Assembly: GCA_024280975.1 (NCBI GenBank)
Contig: JAMXLQ010000111.1
Span: forward strand, 1-60,370
Reading direction: 5' to 3'
Length of the DNA stretch: 60,370 nt
Origin: Methanosarcina sp.
GTDB lineage: Archaea > Halobacteriota > Methanosarcinia > Methanosarcinales > Methanosarcinaceae
Positions 9,806 through 19,678 of this stretch are shown here, one piece after another (the stretch's first letter is position 1; each line of letters begins with the position of its first letter). Under the pieces are notes generated by a model, which had not been told where the DNA came from, made no database searches, and saw only the letters and a program-made list of their open reading frames with translations. Both the position numbers and the translations under genes were made by a program.

Positions 9806-10021
9806 ATGGCTAAAAATGGCGGATTAACCTATCCAGGAGTAAAAAACGAACATATTTTAGTCTGTCCTTTATGTGGCTCAGGTAGATACTGGAAACGAGT
9901 ACGAAATTATAAAATAAATAGATATTTTTGTAGACATTGTAAAAAAGGATTTAATCAGCCTGAAAATCTTCAAAATTGGTTAATGAAGAGGTTTGAGGAA
10001 GCGAGGAAGAGGGAGGAATAG
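9806..10021 (+). CDS. Zn-ribbon protein
   Basis: CPLCGS...YFCRHCKKGF. Confidence 0.7.
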   Translation: MAKNGGLTYPGVKNEHILVCPLCGSGRYWKRVRNYKINRYFCRHCKKGFNQPENLQNWLMKRFEEARKREE

Positions 10022-10024
10022 ACA

Positions 10025-10231
10025 ATGTGTGAAGAAGAATGCCCAATGTGCCATCAAAGGTTTAAAAAGAAAATAATGCATCATTTACTTTATAAACATG
10101 ATTTATCTTGGGAAATTGCTGATAAAATCAGAGATTATACAATAAAATTAAGCTGGAGACATACACCAGAACAAGAAATTGAATGGAAAAGAGAGATTGC
10201 AAAAATCCTGGATTTGCCTAGAACGAGGTAA
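10025..10231 (+). CDS. C2H2-like Zn-finger protein
   Basis: CPMC...HLLYKH. Confidence 0.65.
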   Translation: MCEEECPMCHQRFKKKIMHHLLYKHDLSWEIADKIRDYTIKLSWRHTPEQEIEWKREIAKILDLPRTR

Positions 10232-10235
10232 TCAA

Positions 10236-10457
10236 ATGTCAATAACATCAGCTCCCAAAATCCCGGTAAAAATCCAAATCACAAACAAACAAGGACAAGT
10301 CCTTAAAACAGTCTTAAGGAACCTTCGCCCAGGAGGACTTAACAGAGCTTGGTATATCCTCTATGAAAAACAAAGGCTGAAAGTTTATGGCGATAGTATG
10401 GACGATGCTTTCATTCCTGGGAAGAGGAGATATGTAATTCTAGGCGAGGATAATTGA
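10236..10457 (+). CDS. Hypothetical protein
   Basis: GAGGT SD before ATG 10236. Confidence 0.6.
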   Translation: MSITSAPKIPVKIQITNKQGQVLKTVLRNLRPGGLNRAWYILYEKQRLKVYGDSMDDAFIPGKRRYVILGEDN

Positions 10458-10468
10458 TTTTCATTTAT
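10457..10468 (+). promoter_or_regulatory. Putative late promoter ATTTTC-NY-TTAT (terS)
   Basis: TTAT 30 nt upstream of ATG 10495; same motif before three other structural operons. Confidence 0.65.
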
Positions 10469-10494
10469 TTAAATAGTTAATATAAGTGGTTATT

Positions 10495-11004
10495 ATGGCA
10501 GTCCAGAAAAAAAAGAAAAAACAAAATAAAGAGAAAAGGGCTATAAATCCCAATGTTTTTAAATGGACTGGACAGAGAAAAAGAGCAGCATTATTGATAG
10601 CAGAAGGCAGAAAAAAATATGAAGAAATAGCTTTGGACATTGGGGTACATTATGTTACCTTCTGGGAATGGCGGCAGCATCCTATTTTTCAAGCAGAAGT
10701 CAGCAGGCTAATCCTGGCTAATGAAAAAGCTACAAGGGAAGGACTTTTAAGAATTGCTTATAAAGCAATTGAAGAAAAGATAGACGGAGTCGCAGGCGAT
10801 AGGAGTACTGTTTTGGAGTGGTCTAAGTTTATTGCTGATCTTCAAGGCTTCATAAAACAAAAGGTAGAGATGGATGCCAATTTAAAACATTCTAAAGAAA
10901 AAGATCCTTCGGAAATGACAGATGAAGAGCTAGACCAGGCCATAGAAGATGACCGTAAAAAACTCATCGAAGCTGGACTTATATCAAACACTTCAGAGAT
11001 ATAA
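10495..11004 (+). CDS. terS: Terminase small subunit
   Basis: HTH (EEIALDIGVHYVTFWEWR), MTDEEL tail, position before TerL. Confidence 0.8.
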   Translation: MAVQKKKKKQNKEKRAINPNVFKWTGQRKRAALLIAEGRKKYEEIALDIGVHYVTFWEWRQHPIFQAEVSRLILANEKATREGLLRIAYKAIEEKIDGVAGDRSTVLEWSKFIADLQGFIKQKVEMDANLKHSKEKDPSEMTDEELDQAIEDDRKKLIEAGLISNTSEI

Positions 11005-12517
11005 GAAAAACGAAAGGGAGAAGGAAATAAGGAAGGCCCGGACTAACCTTCTTGATTTCACTCGTTTTACAATGCCAGAATATAGGGAAAACTGGCATCA
11101 TAAACTAATTTGTCAAAAATTAGATGAGTTTTTAGAAGGTAAGAACAGGCGTTTGATTATCGCTGCTCCTCCGAGACACGGAAAGACTGAGATAGTATCA
11201 AAGCGTTTCCCTGCTTATCTTTTAGGTAGAAATCCGGATGCTAAAATAATAGCTTGCTCTTATGCGTCTGATCTGGCTTCTCTTATCAATCGTGATATCC
11301 AGCGGATCATCAGTAGTCCAGAATATTCAGAGCTTTTTCCAGACACTACGTTAAATATTACCAATGTTAGAACTACATCACAAGAGAGCTATCTACGGAA
11401 TTCAGATATTTTTGAAGTCGTTAATCATAAAGGGGTTTATCGTTCGGCAGGAGTAGGGGGGAGCATAACCGGAATGGGTGGAAATTTTTTAATTGTCGAC
11501 GATCCTTTTCGTAGTCGAGCGGACTCAGAGAGCCCAACAATTAGACAAAAAGTTTACGAATGGTACACTTCTACTTTCAGAACCCGTAGACAAAAAGACG
11601 CTTCTATACTATTGATAGCCACTCGTTGGCACGAAGAAGACCTGACAGGTAAATTACTTGAATTAGCTAAGAACGATCCAACAGCCGACCAATGGGAAGT
11701 AATAAGCCTTCCTGCTCTATCAGAAGACGAAAGGCCAGAATACGACCAAAGAGACGGGCCAGATCAGGCCCTTTGGGAAACAGAATTCTCAAAAGAAGAT
11801 CTACTTAGTACAAAAGCCTCTCTAACGGTCTATGAATGGCTCTCGCTCTACCAACAAAGGCCCTCTGCAGCAGAAGGTAATCTAGTTAAAAAAGAAGACT
11901 TCAAATACTGTACTTTAGAAAATGGAGTCTTAACCCTAATAACTGACAGAGCATCAGGATCTAAAAAACAATTCATGCTTTCACAATGTAAAGTATTTCA
12001 AACATGCGACCCTGCAGCCAGTGAGAAAAAAACAGCAAATGATTTTGTCCTAGGAACCTGGGCCCAAACTCCAGATAATGACCTTGCTTTAATTGACCTT
12101 CTAAAAACGAATCTCGAAACCCCGAAACACGTTCCTCTTTTTCAGCAACAGTATATAAAGCATCGTCCTGTCCAGCAATGGATTGAAACCGATGGAGTAG
12201 GAAGGCCAACATTTCAACTTTTAAAAACCGAAGGGTTGCCGATTGCGGAATTAAAAACCTCAGGCCATGATAAGCTTATGAGGTTCATCCCTGCAGCTAC
12301 AAGGATTACTGCAGGTACAGTATTCTTTTTGGCAGGGGCTCCATGGCTCAATGGCTACGAAACAGAGCTCTTAGGCTTTCCGAACACTAAACAAAATGGA
12401 CAGGTTGATATTACATCTTATGCCTGCCAGGTAGTCATAGAAAATCCATTCATACAACAAGTTTATGAGACTTCATATGTAGGCACAGGCTCAGAGTCAA
12501 GCGGATATTGGATATGA
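10949..12517 (+). CDS. terL: Terminase large subunit
   Basis: PPRHGKT, LIVDDP, TRWH..DL, YQQRP, CDPA, GFPN...QVD. Confidence 0.95.
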   Translation: MTVKNSSKLDLYQTLQRYKKNEREKEIRKARTNLLDFTRFTMPEYRENWHHKLICQKLDEFLEGKNRRLIIAAPPRHGKTEIVSKRFPAYLLGRNPDAKIIACSYASDLASLINRDIQRIISSPEYSELFPDTTLNITNVRTTSQESYLRNSDIFEVVNHKGVYRSAGVGGSITGMGGNFLIVDDPFRSRADSESPTIRQKVYEWYTSTFRTRRQKDASILLIATRWHEEDLTGKLLELAKNDPTADQWEVISLPALSEDERPEYDQRDGPDQALWETEFSKEDLLSTKASLTVYEWLSLYQQRPSAAEGNLVKKEDFKYCTLENGVLTLITDRASGSKKQFMLSQCKVFQTCDPAASEKKTANDFVLGTWAQTPDNDLALIDLLKTNLETPKHVPLFQQQYIKHRPVQQWIETDGVGRPTFQLLKTEGLPIAELKTSGHDKLMRFIPAATRITAGTVFFLAGAPWLNGYETELLGFPNTKQNGQVDITSYACQVVIENPFIQQVYETSYVGTGSESSGYWI

Positions 12518-12520
12518 TCA

Positions 12521-12532
12521 ATTTTCCTTTAT
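12521..12532 (+). promoter_or_regulatory. Putative late promoter (portal)
   Basis: ATTTTCCTTTAT; TTAT 29 nt before ATG. Confidence 0.65.
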
Positions 12533-12557
12533 TACTATTTTTCGAAGTTCTTTATAT

Positions 12558-14315
12558 ATGCCTTTCCCATCTTCATTTTTTCCACAATTAACTTCAGAAA
12601 CTCCTTCAAAAGATACACAATCCTCTCCCGTAGGTGCAGGCGTAGCAAGCGCAACAGGAGACGAATATTTTTACTTTGAAAAGTTTATAAAGTGGATTCA
12701 AGAAACTAAAAATAAAATCCCCTATGCTACACCCGATTTAAGGCGAGAAGCCTTTGAAGCCGATCCATTGTTAAAAGGAACGGTTTTTCCATATCTTAAA
12801 AACGTTCTTCTACAAGGCTTCAAAATCCAGACAGCAGATAATAAACTCTATGCAGAAGCTATCAAGGAAATCACTGGCTACATCGAGTCAATCAACCTTA
12901 TGCAAGTATTCAGGGATGACTTTTTAGACTTTTTCATTCTTTCAGGTCACTCATACAGGCGCATGGATACAGACATCGACCAGAACGTCTGGTGGCTTGA
13001 AAAACTAGAGCCCTCTTCAATGTCTGTTTTTACTGATCCTTGGGATAGTAGCATAGTAGCATATCGACAGAAAGCACTTGTAAGCGAATCATGGTCAGAT
13101 TCGGGAGCAAGAACAGAACACACTTCATGGTTCATCCCCTATCAAAACAATCGGATGCCTATCCAAATAAAGGATATCTACGTAACTTATATTAATAATA
13201 GGGGAACTGGAAACGATTTAACGGTATTCGATCTTTTTCAGAGTTATCTAGCTAAATATAACATCATTGACACCACAAACCTGAGAATAGCATCATCAGA
13301 ACGCATTATAGCAATGCACAAGGATCAGAAGACACAGGCCTCTTATTATGATAATATCGACTCTCGAATAAATTACAAGCCTGCTCCAATTGACTCTATT
13401 TTACTTGCGATTTGGCTAAAAAGGCTCATGCTTTCGAATGCTCCTCACTTGGTATATATAGTCATTAATCCTTTTTTACACGCCAAATCCGGGATCCTAA
13501 AGGAAGGTAAAGACTCACTAGGTAATTCTATCATAACCTCTTCAGTTCCCCCTAAGCCATCTTCTGCTTTACAGGCCTCTAATCCTACAATGTATAATTC
13601 TATGTTGGAGAACTATAACTCCTGGACAAAGAGCATAGAAGAAGCGAAGAAACATATCATGAAAACTGTCAAAAACGGCGGTGTGTTCGCATCTGGCCCA
13701 GATTTGGAAATTAAACCAGTTGAATCTTCGAGAAACGCCGACTCCGTTTTTATCAAAAATATTATAGATTTCCTCAACGAGGAAATAGGGCAGGCCCTAG
13801 GCTTTCCGATGTCTCTCGTCCTGGCGACAGGCACAGAACTTGCCAGCTCAAGAAACATTCTTCAGAATTTTAATAACGTACACGCTGGTACACGGACAGA
13901 ATATGAATCAGTTGCAGACAAGCTTATTAGAATAAGGTTTGAAAAGAGTAGCTGGATAGGGATAACAACTGAAGAAGATAAGGATGGAAACGAGAAAGAA
14001 GTACAGAAGCCCTACACTCTAAAAGATATTCAAGCTCATTTTATCCTTGACACGCCCGACACAGCCGATCTACTGAACGAAGCTCAGGCATACAAGACCA
14101 AAGCCGAGACCTTGACCCAGCTTAAGGGAATTGGAGCCAGCACCGAAGACCTACAGGCATTAGGTGAGGAATGGGGCTTCGGTCTACTCGAATTAGGCAG
14201 CATGGATATACCTGTCAGAGATCTCCTCGAAATGCGAAACACTGACGCAATAGATGATACAGAATTCAGGAACCGGCTTAAACTCACAGAAAAAGCTCCC
14301 CAGGTCGCTGATTAA
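12558..14315 (+). CDS. Portal protein
   Basis: Position after TerL, size, IGQALGFPMSL motif. Confidence 0.85.
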   Translation: MPFPSSFFPQLTSETPSKDTQSSPVGAGVASATGDEYFYFEKFIKWIQETKNKIPYATPDLRREAFEADPLLKGTVFPYLKNVLLQGFKIQTADNKLYAEAIKEITGYIESINLMQVFRDDFLDFFILSGHSYRRMDTDIDQNVWWLEKLEPSSMSVFTDPWDSSIVAYRQKALVSESWSDSGARTEHTSWFIPYQNNRMPIQIKDIYVTYINNRGTGNDLTVFDLFQSYLAKYNIIDTTNLRIASSERIIAMHKDQKTQASYYDNIDSRINYKPAPIDSILLAIWLKRLMLSNAPHLVYIVINPFLHAKSGILKEGKDSLGNSIITSSVPPKPSSALQASNPTMYNSMLENYNSWTKSIEEAKKHIMKTVKNGGVFASGPDLEIKPVESSRNADSVFIKNIIDFLNEEIGQALGFPMSLVLATGTELASSRNILQNFNNVHAGTRTEYESVADKLIRIRFEKSSWIGITTEEDKDGNEKEVQKPYTLKDIQAHFILDTPDTADLLNEAQAYKTKAETLTQLKGIGASTEDLQALGEEWGFGLLELGSMDIPVRDLLEMRNTDAIDDTEFRNRLKLTEKAPQVAD

Positions 14316-15814
14316 TGCCTGAAACTCTTCTCAAAACTACAAAAATCAAGAAGCTCGAATCTAAATTCGATGCTCTCTTTGAGACCACATTACTTAAAGG
14401 AATCATCGGAGAGAAGCCAGAGAATTATAAGAAACAGGTCAAGTACTGGTTTAGTTCTAAAACTTTTGAAAAACAGATAGATAAGATAATTGATGACATA
14501 TATCTTACCTCGATTAGCTTCACAGATAAGCAAGTCAAAAAAGCTGTAAAATCGAGCTTGTTTATAGGCTCTACATTAAATCTTTACAGCGAGGCAGATG
14601 ATACTCCCTTAGTCCTGACAGAAGAGGCTGTCAGACAGGCAGACGATCTGGCCTCCGAGGTCGTGGACTCGATTGTTACAATGCTTAAGGACGAAGGAAT
14701 CTATAAGGAAAGTCCTCAAACCCTTGAGAAGCGAATAAGGGAACTATGGGGAGGCGAGAAGTACAGGTCTACGCGGTTTGTTCGGACATTTACGGCTGAT
14801 GTAGCGACAGCTACTACTTTGCACCGATACAAGCAACAGGAAATACAAGAATGTCAATTCTACGCTAAGATTGACGATAGAACGAGTCCTCAATGCAGAA
14901 TGCTTCACGGAACTGTTTTTAAAGTAGGTTCTCCCGAAGCTGATAAATACCACTGCCCCGCGCATCATCACTGCCGCAGTGCGATTTTACCTATTACAAT
15001 ATTTACAGAAGTTAACCCAGATTGGAGATATGAAAACCGTGATTTCACAAAACAAATGGATCAAAATTTCAAATTTACTGAAACCGAAGTCGATAAAAAA
15101 ATAATTGATAAAACATTCAAAAATATAGACAAGTTTAATGAAAAATACCGGATTGATAAGTTTATTCTCGATGAGGATCTACAAAAAAGATTTGTCAGAC
15201 TCGGAGTAGGGGTTAATGTCGAAGCACCAACTACAAAAGTAAAAACTCCAAAAGTTAAGAAAGAGACTAAAGTAGTTAAGGAGAAGCCTAAGAAAGAGGT
15301 TACGAAGACTCATAATGAAGTTGAAAATACCATTAGAAAACATGAAAATAAAATAAAGAACAGGAAGACCGAAAAGGTATATGTATTCGATAAAGACGGT
15401 AACATAGTATTTGAAAAGTCCGGTAATAAAAACAGTGTTAAATTTACACCAGATGAAGCAGAGTTATTAAAAGGAAACACTCTCACACACAACCATCCAA
15501 AAAGTTCATCTTTCTCAAAAGCAGATCTACAAACAGCATGTGTTAGGGAACTTAAAGAAGTCAGGGCAGCTACAAAAGACGGAACGTTTATAATAAGAAT
15601 GAAGGATGGGAGTGAGTTTAATAAAACTTTCTGGGACGAAACCCTTTCTACAGAATTTGATAAACAATTGAAAGCGGCTCGTATTAAACATGATATCCGT
15701 ATGATAAATAAAGAAATGACAAAAGATGAAAGCGTTGTTTTAACAAGTAAAGTGGTATGGGCTAAAGTATCTCAGAACATTCCTGAATTAGAATATAAAT
15801 TCGTTAAGTGGTGA
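14315..15814 (+). CDS. MuF/SPP1 gp7 head morphogenesis protein with C-terminal JAB/MPN-like domain
   Basis: [13 protein letters not shown]...CPAHHHCRS; Lys-rich linker; E...THNHP...FSKAD. Confidence 0.88.
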   Translation: MPETLLKTTKIKKLESKFDALFETTLLKGIIGEKPENYKKQVKYWFSSKTFEKQIDKIIDDIYLTSISFTDKQVKKAVKSSLFIGSTLNLYSEADDTPLVLTEEAVRQADDLASEVVDSIVTMLKDEGIYKESPQTLEKRIRELWGGEKYRSTRFVRTFTADVATATTLHRYKQQEIQECQFYAKIDDRTSPQCRMLHGTVFKVGSPEADKYHCPAHHHCRSAILPITIFTEVNPDWRYENRDFTKQMDQNFKFTETEVDKKIIDKTFKNIDKFNEKYRIDKFILDEDLQKRFVRLGVGVNVEAPTTKVKTPKVKKETKVVKEKPKKEVTKTHNEVENTIRKHENKIKNRKTEKVYVFDKDGNIVFEKSGNKNSVKFTPDEAELLKGNTLTHNHPKSSSFSKADLQTACVRELKEVRAATKDGTFIIRMKDGSEFNKTFWDETLSTEFDKQLKAARIKHDIRMINKEMTKDESVVLTSKVVWAKVSQNIPELEYKFVKW

Positions 15815-16038
15815 ATATGGAGGGGATGGATGATAGTGAGTTTGATTTTTGGTTTAGCGATGTCTGTACTTATTGTAAACATTTTGACATCGAAAAATCA
15901 AAACCAGAATCAAAGGGGAACGTCTGTGAAGCTTTCCCTGAAGGAATTCCTGACGAAATATGGTTAGGTAAAAATAATCATAAAAAGCCTTATCCTGGGG
16001 ATCACGGTATACAGTTCGAGCCTATTGAAAAAAGTTAA
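15808..16038 (+). CDS. Small metal-binding protein coupled to MuF (possible partner or immunity protein)
   Basis: CTYCKH...CEAFPEGIP...[13 protein letters not shown]. Confidence 0.75.
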   Translation: MVNMEGMDDSEFDFWFSDVCTYCKHFDIEKSKPESKGNVCEAFPEGIPDEIWLGKNNHKKPYPGDHGIQFEPIEKS

Positions 16039-16202
16039 TCTTTAAGAGGAGTTAATTGACATCTTTCTCTATGATGCTCGGGTATCTTAAGCTCTCCTCG
16101 ATTACATCTTTGATTTTTAGTACACCTTTCCCCATAAAAAATTGATCCGAAATTAGTACATTTACCTTGCCGCCAGAACTTGCAAAATTCACAGTTTACT
16201 AT
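16035..16202 (-). CDS. Cys-rich microprotein (ATA start)
   Basis: Read by hand: [24 protein letters not shown]...; GGAG SD. Confidence 0.5.
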   Translation of the reverse strand: MVNCEFCKFWRQGKCTNFGSIFYGERCTKNQRCNRGELKIPEHHRERCQLTPLKD

Positions 16203-16308
16203 TTTCTCAACTCCTAAAAAATCTTACTATAACACAAGCTCCACTGAGTACAATTATAGCTATAATTCCAGCATATATAAAACCGTCAATAACCATTCGC
16301 TCAACTCA

Positions 16309-16701
16309 TTAAAGCACATAATCACAAAAAATATGCGCTTCGATACTTAATCCTAATCCTATTATAGTCTCTATTGGAAAATCGATTCCGTATATTTTAA
16401 GAGGAACCCATAAAAAAGCTATTAAAATAAACGGGCCCCAAACAGGATTATGTAAAATTTCCCGATGTCCTGCGCTTTTAAAAGGGTGCCAGATATATTT
16501 AAAAATCATCCACCTGTTTGAAACACTGCTATCAGTATCAAGATCAGGACTGAGGAACAGAGATAAAATAAGAGCTCCAAAAAGAAACTTACCCAATGAT
16601 ATAAGCTCATCATAACCATGATCGTTAACACGTCCAAAAAAGTATATGATCGCTAGAACCCCAAGAAAGTAATTACTTTTATAATGTTCATTCCCATTCA
16701 T
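16309..16701 (-). CDS. DUF2227/YdjM-like membrane metal-binding protein
   Basis: G.EH, FLSPDLD, HR..LH, H..CD. Confidence 0.75.
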   Translation of the reverse strand: MNGNEHYKSNYFLGVLAIIYFFGRVNDHGYDELISLGKFLFGALILSLFLSPDLDTDSSVSNRWMIFKYIWHPFKSAGHREILHNPVWGPFILIAFLWVPLKIYGIDFPIETIIGLGLSIEAHIFCDYVL

Positions 16702-16835
16702 TCTGCCTCTTTCTTCAATTCTTGTATATTCAATGGCTCACATGCCGCCAAATAAGCTAATCGATGTTCAACCCATCCTTTCACTTCTGGCAGGCAGATA
16801 TTTTTTATAAGACATATATCACAAAACCCGGTCAA
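16698..16835 (-). CDS. Small Cys-containing protein
   Basis: Read by hand; GGAGG SD, TTG start, ATGA coupling. Confidence 0.5.
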   Translation of the reverse strand: MTGFCDICLIKNICLPEVKGWVEHRLAYLAACEPLNIQELKKEAE

Positions 16836-16845
16836 AACTGCCTCC

Positions 16846-17022
16846 TTATAAATTAATTTTTATTCCTAGCTCATTTATCGAAATATACGAACAAATAATA
16901 CTTATAATAAAACCCAACATAAGATCTCTATATCTCGATTTTAGAACATTTATACAAATGCCTCCGAGTAAAAAAGATATCACTAGAACCAAAACAAACC
17001 AAGGTACTATAATTAACGTCAT
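16846..17022 (-). CDS. Two-TM membrane microprotein
   Basis: Read by hand: MTLIIVPWFVLVLVISFLLGG...; GAGG SD. Confidence 0.6.
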   Translation of the reverse strand: MTLIIVPWFVLVLVISFLLGGICINVLKSRYRDLMLGFIISIICSYISINELGIKINL

Positions 17023-17031
17023 TTACATTCC

Positions 17032-17205
17032 TCAGATAACATGTTTATAGCCGATGAAATAGGCTACAAGAGAAATGATTATCATAAGTATTGAAAACTT
17101 TAAGTTTCTGAAGAATTTTCTTATAGAATATACAAGCTTGCTAAAAATAGACCTTTTCTTATAAGATCCTCTTGTGTAATTTCTTCGAGAATTATTGTGA
17201 AACAT
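17032..17205 (-). CDS. Basic membrane microprotein
   Basis: Read by hand; GAGGA SD; C-terminal TM. Confidence 0.6.
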   Translation of the reverse strand: MFHNNSRRNYTRGSYKKRSIFSKLVYSIRKFFRNLKFSILMIIISLVAYFIGYKHVI

Positions 17206-17219
17206 TTTATTCCTCTTTA

Positions 17220-17248
17220 TGTTAAGTAAATTAGGTATATACTTAACA
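17220..17248. promoter_or_regulatory. Palindromic operator 1
   Basis: TGTTAAGTA-N11-TACTTAACA, perfect, next to TATAAATA. Confidence 0.75.
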
Positions 17249-17281
17249 AAGTATAAATAACTTATTAACCTTCTAAACTAC

Positions 17282-19165
17282 ATGCAAAAAAACATTAAAT
17301 TATTCTCTTTACTGATACTTTTTTTATTACTTTCTGGAACTGCGGGAGCGGAAACCATTACTCTAAATCCTTGCAGCCAGGATGATATCAATACTGCCTT
17401 AAAAAACGCAGGCGAGAACGGAACGGTTATTCTTACTGCAGGAGAATACCCGCTTAAAGGTCCGGTATACGTTCCTCGAAATATCAATCTTATAGGAGAA
17501 CCCGGCGCGAAATTCTTAGTTTCAAGTGATATTTCAAGTCCTTGGTTTTCGCCTACGGTTGGAGCAGTAAATTTATTTGATCCTTTTAATAATACTGTAA
17601 AAGGATTCGAGATCGATGGCAACTGTTTAAAGTTAAATAATGATTGGGCTAATTCGCCCGGGCACGCTCACGACCAAGAGCAATTAATCAAGGCCATTGG
17701 GTCCAGAAACAACTTTGGAAAGAATATAATAATTTCAAATATGACCCTTCGTAATGCATTTGGAGACGGGATACAAGCACGTTGCATTGATGGAATTATA
17801 TGTGAAAGTAATACAATAATCAATTGCCAGCATGAGTCAATTTATTTCAGTGCTAGTAAACACTGTTTTGCTTTTTTTAATGAAATGGCTGTCATAACTT
17901 CCGATGGGGTAAGATATGATAACTGTTTAGAGGGGGAATCAAAAGGAAATAAAATATGGAAGTATTCAGGGGATTCTAACGGAGCTTATAAAGGAGGCGC
18001 GAACGGTTTTCAAGTGGGGGATGCTCAAGTTTCGAAAGGTTATGATGGTCGAAAAGATTGGATAACTACTAAAAATATTACGATTCATGATAATATAATA
18101 TCTGATCCAGGCAGGCAGGGGGTACTTCTTGATGATGTCAGTAGGAATCCTGCTTCAAATGTCTATGTTCATGATAACATCTTTGTAAACACGACAGAGC
18201 TTAGGACTATGGGCGTTCATGTTGATGACTACTCGATAAACAATCCACCATCAATGGAAGAGAGTGAGAAGATTTTCGAGAAGATTTACGACATTCAAAA
18301 TCTTCTTTCTCTTGAATATCCCGAGAATGCAGTCACACAACAGACTGCAGACCAATTTAGTTACAAGGTTATTGAAACCGAAAACGGAAAAATAGCAGGC
18401 GGAATCAAGATTTTAGGGTTCAATAACCTGAGTATAATTGATAATCAATCCTATATCTCAGATCCAAAGGACGCAATTATCAAAACAAGTGTAATAAGAA
18501 ATCCTTCTCTCGATCTCTGGTTTGGTGGCATTGAAGATATCCAAAGGGATGTCAATATCTCAATCGAAAACGATACCTTAACAGCTACAATGACTGTAAA
18601 AATGACCTGGTATAATTATCAAAGGAATAAGCTGGGAAAGTTAACTGCGGGAAAACTGCAGACTTCTATAGCTACTTTCAATGACTCTTACTATCCAGCT
18701 CCTCGGGTCATTGAGCAGCCTGCAGAGATCAAGGGTATAATCTATCAATACTCTGATCATTTTGATATCAAAGCTCTTAAGCAAGGTATCTGCAAGGACA
18801 TTACTTATCAGTCCGGAGATAATACTTCAAAACAGGTTTTTCTGGTCGGTACAAGGAACCAGACAGCCGAAGGTGTGAAATACACAGAATATTCCAGGCT
18901 TGAGCATTGGGAAGAGGAAGGAAATCTAACCCGGTTCGGTGATTGGATACAGGTAAATAGAACTTATGACCCTTCTATAATTCAGGTAACTGCTTCTACT
19001 CCTTATAAGAAATATCAGGTAACAGAATTTGAGATAATTGAAAAGGAAGCACCAAAAGAGCCTATTAATCCTTGGTTCTATGCTAAAATAGTGTTCTGGG
19101 TTTTCTTATCAATAACAATACGGTTCTACTGGAACGAGATAAAATCAATGTTTGGCATTGAGTGA
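17282..19165 (+). CDS. Secreted, C-terminally anchored right-handed beta-helix protein (disaggregatase-like)
   Basis: Signal peptide, FEIDGN, FGDG, IHDN repeats, C-terminal TM. Confidence 0.8.
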   Translation: MQKNIKLFSLLILFLLLSGTAGAETITLNPCSQDDINTALKNAGENGTVILTAGEYPLKGPVYVPRNINLIGEPGAKFLVSSDISSPWFSPTVGAVNLFDPFNNTVKGFEIDGNCLKLNNDWANSPGHAHDQEQLIKAIGSRNNFGKNIIISNMTLRNAFGDGIQARCIDGIICESNTIINCQHESIYFSASKHCFAFFNEMAVITSDGVRYDNCLEGESKGNKIWKYSGDSNGAYKGGANGFQVGDAQVSKGYDGRKDWITTKNITIHDNIISDPGRQGVLLDDVSRNPASNVYVHDNIFVNTTELRTMGVHVDDYSINNPPSMEESEKIFEKIYDIQNLLSLEYPENAVTQQTADQFSYKVIETENGKIAGGIKILGFNNLSIIDNQSYISDPKDAIIKTSVIRNPSLDLWFGGIEDIQRDVNISIENDTLTATMTVKMTWYNYQRNKLGKLTAGKLQTSIATFNDSYYPAPRVIEQPAEIKGIIYQYSDHFDIKALKQGICKDITYQSGDNTSKQVFLVGTRNQTAEGVKYTEYSRLEHWEEEGNLTRFGDWIQVNRTYDPSIIQVTASTPYKKYQVTEFEIIEKEAPKEPINPWFYAKIVFWVFLSITIRFYWNEIKSMFGIE

Positions 19166-19192
19166 ACTATTTTAATTATTTTTTCCTTTTTC

Positions 19193-19273
19193 TGTTAAGT
19201 AACTATGTAATATACTACACAAATTATAAATACTTTCAATGAGTTGTTAAGTAAAAGAGCAATTTGCTTAACA
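19193..19273. promoter_or_regulatory. Palindromic operators 2 and 3 flanking a TATA box
   Basis: TGTTAAGTA-N11-TACTACACA (19193-19221) and TGTTAAGTA-N11-TGCTTAACA (19245-19273). Confidence 0.75.
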
Positions 19274-19298
19274 AGGAGATGAAAAAATACAAACAAAA

Positions 19299-19661
19299 AT
19301 GATAAAAATGTTTCTTTCCATGATGTGCCTCTTTATGCTGTTTGTTCCCATGATCGCTGCAGCAGAAGAAGACAACTCGGGAGCTTTAAGATTAAACGAT
19401 TTTATAAAACCCAATGCAGCAAAGGAAGAATTAAACAATTCGGCTTTCAGCAAACCAACCGAAAAAGCCAGTAATTGGGGAACCATCGCTTTAATAGTGA
19501 TAGTAGTTCTTTATTTTGCAGGATGTGTATATAAATACTATACAGGAGATGACGAAGAAAGATCAAATGCATTTAAGGGGCTTTTTGTGGGGGTAATCGT
19601 CCTAGTTCTTTTCATGGCATGTACTTCAACCGCTTTGGATGCTCTTACGTGGCAATACTGA
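19299..19661 (+). CDS. VirB2/TrbC pilin-like protein
   Basis: Signal peptide plus two TM helices joined by a GDDEERSNAFKGL loop; gene context. Confidence 0.6.
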   Translation: MIKMFLSMMCLFMLFVPMIAAAEEDNSGALRLNDFIKPNAAKEELNNSAFSKPTEKASNWGTIALIVIVVLYFAGCVYKYYTGDDEERSNAFKGLFVGVIVLVLFMACTSTALDALTWQY

Positions 19662-19678
19662 CTCTATGGAGGGCGTAA

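Noticed and set aside
7056-12517. Inteins in MCM or terminase
   Set aside because: Normal lengths and no splice motifs seen
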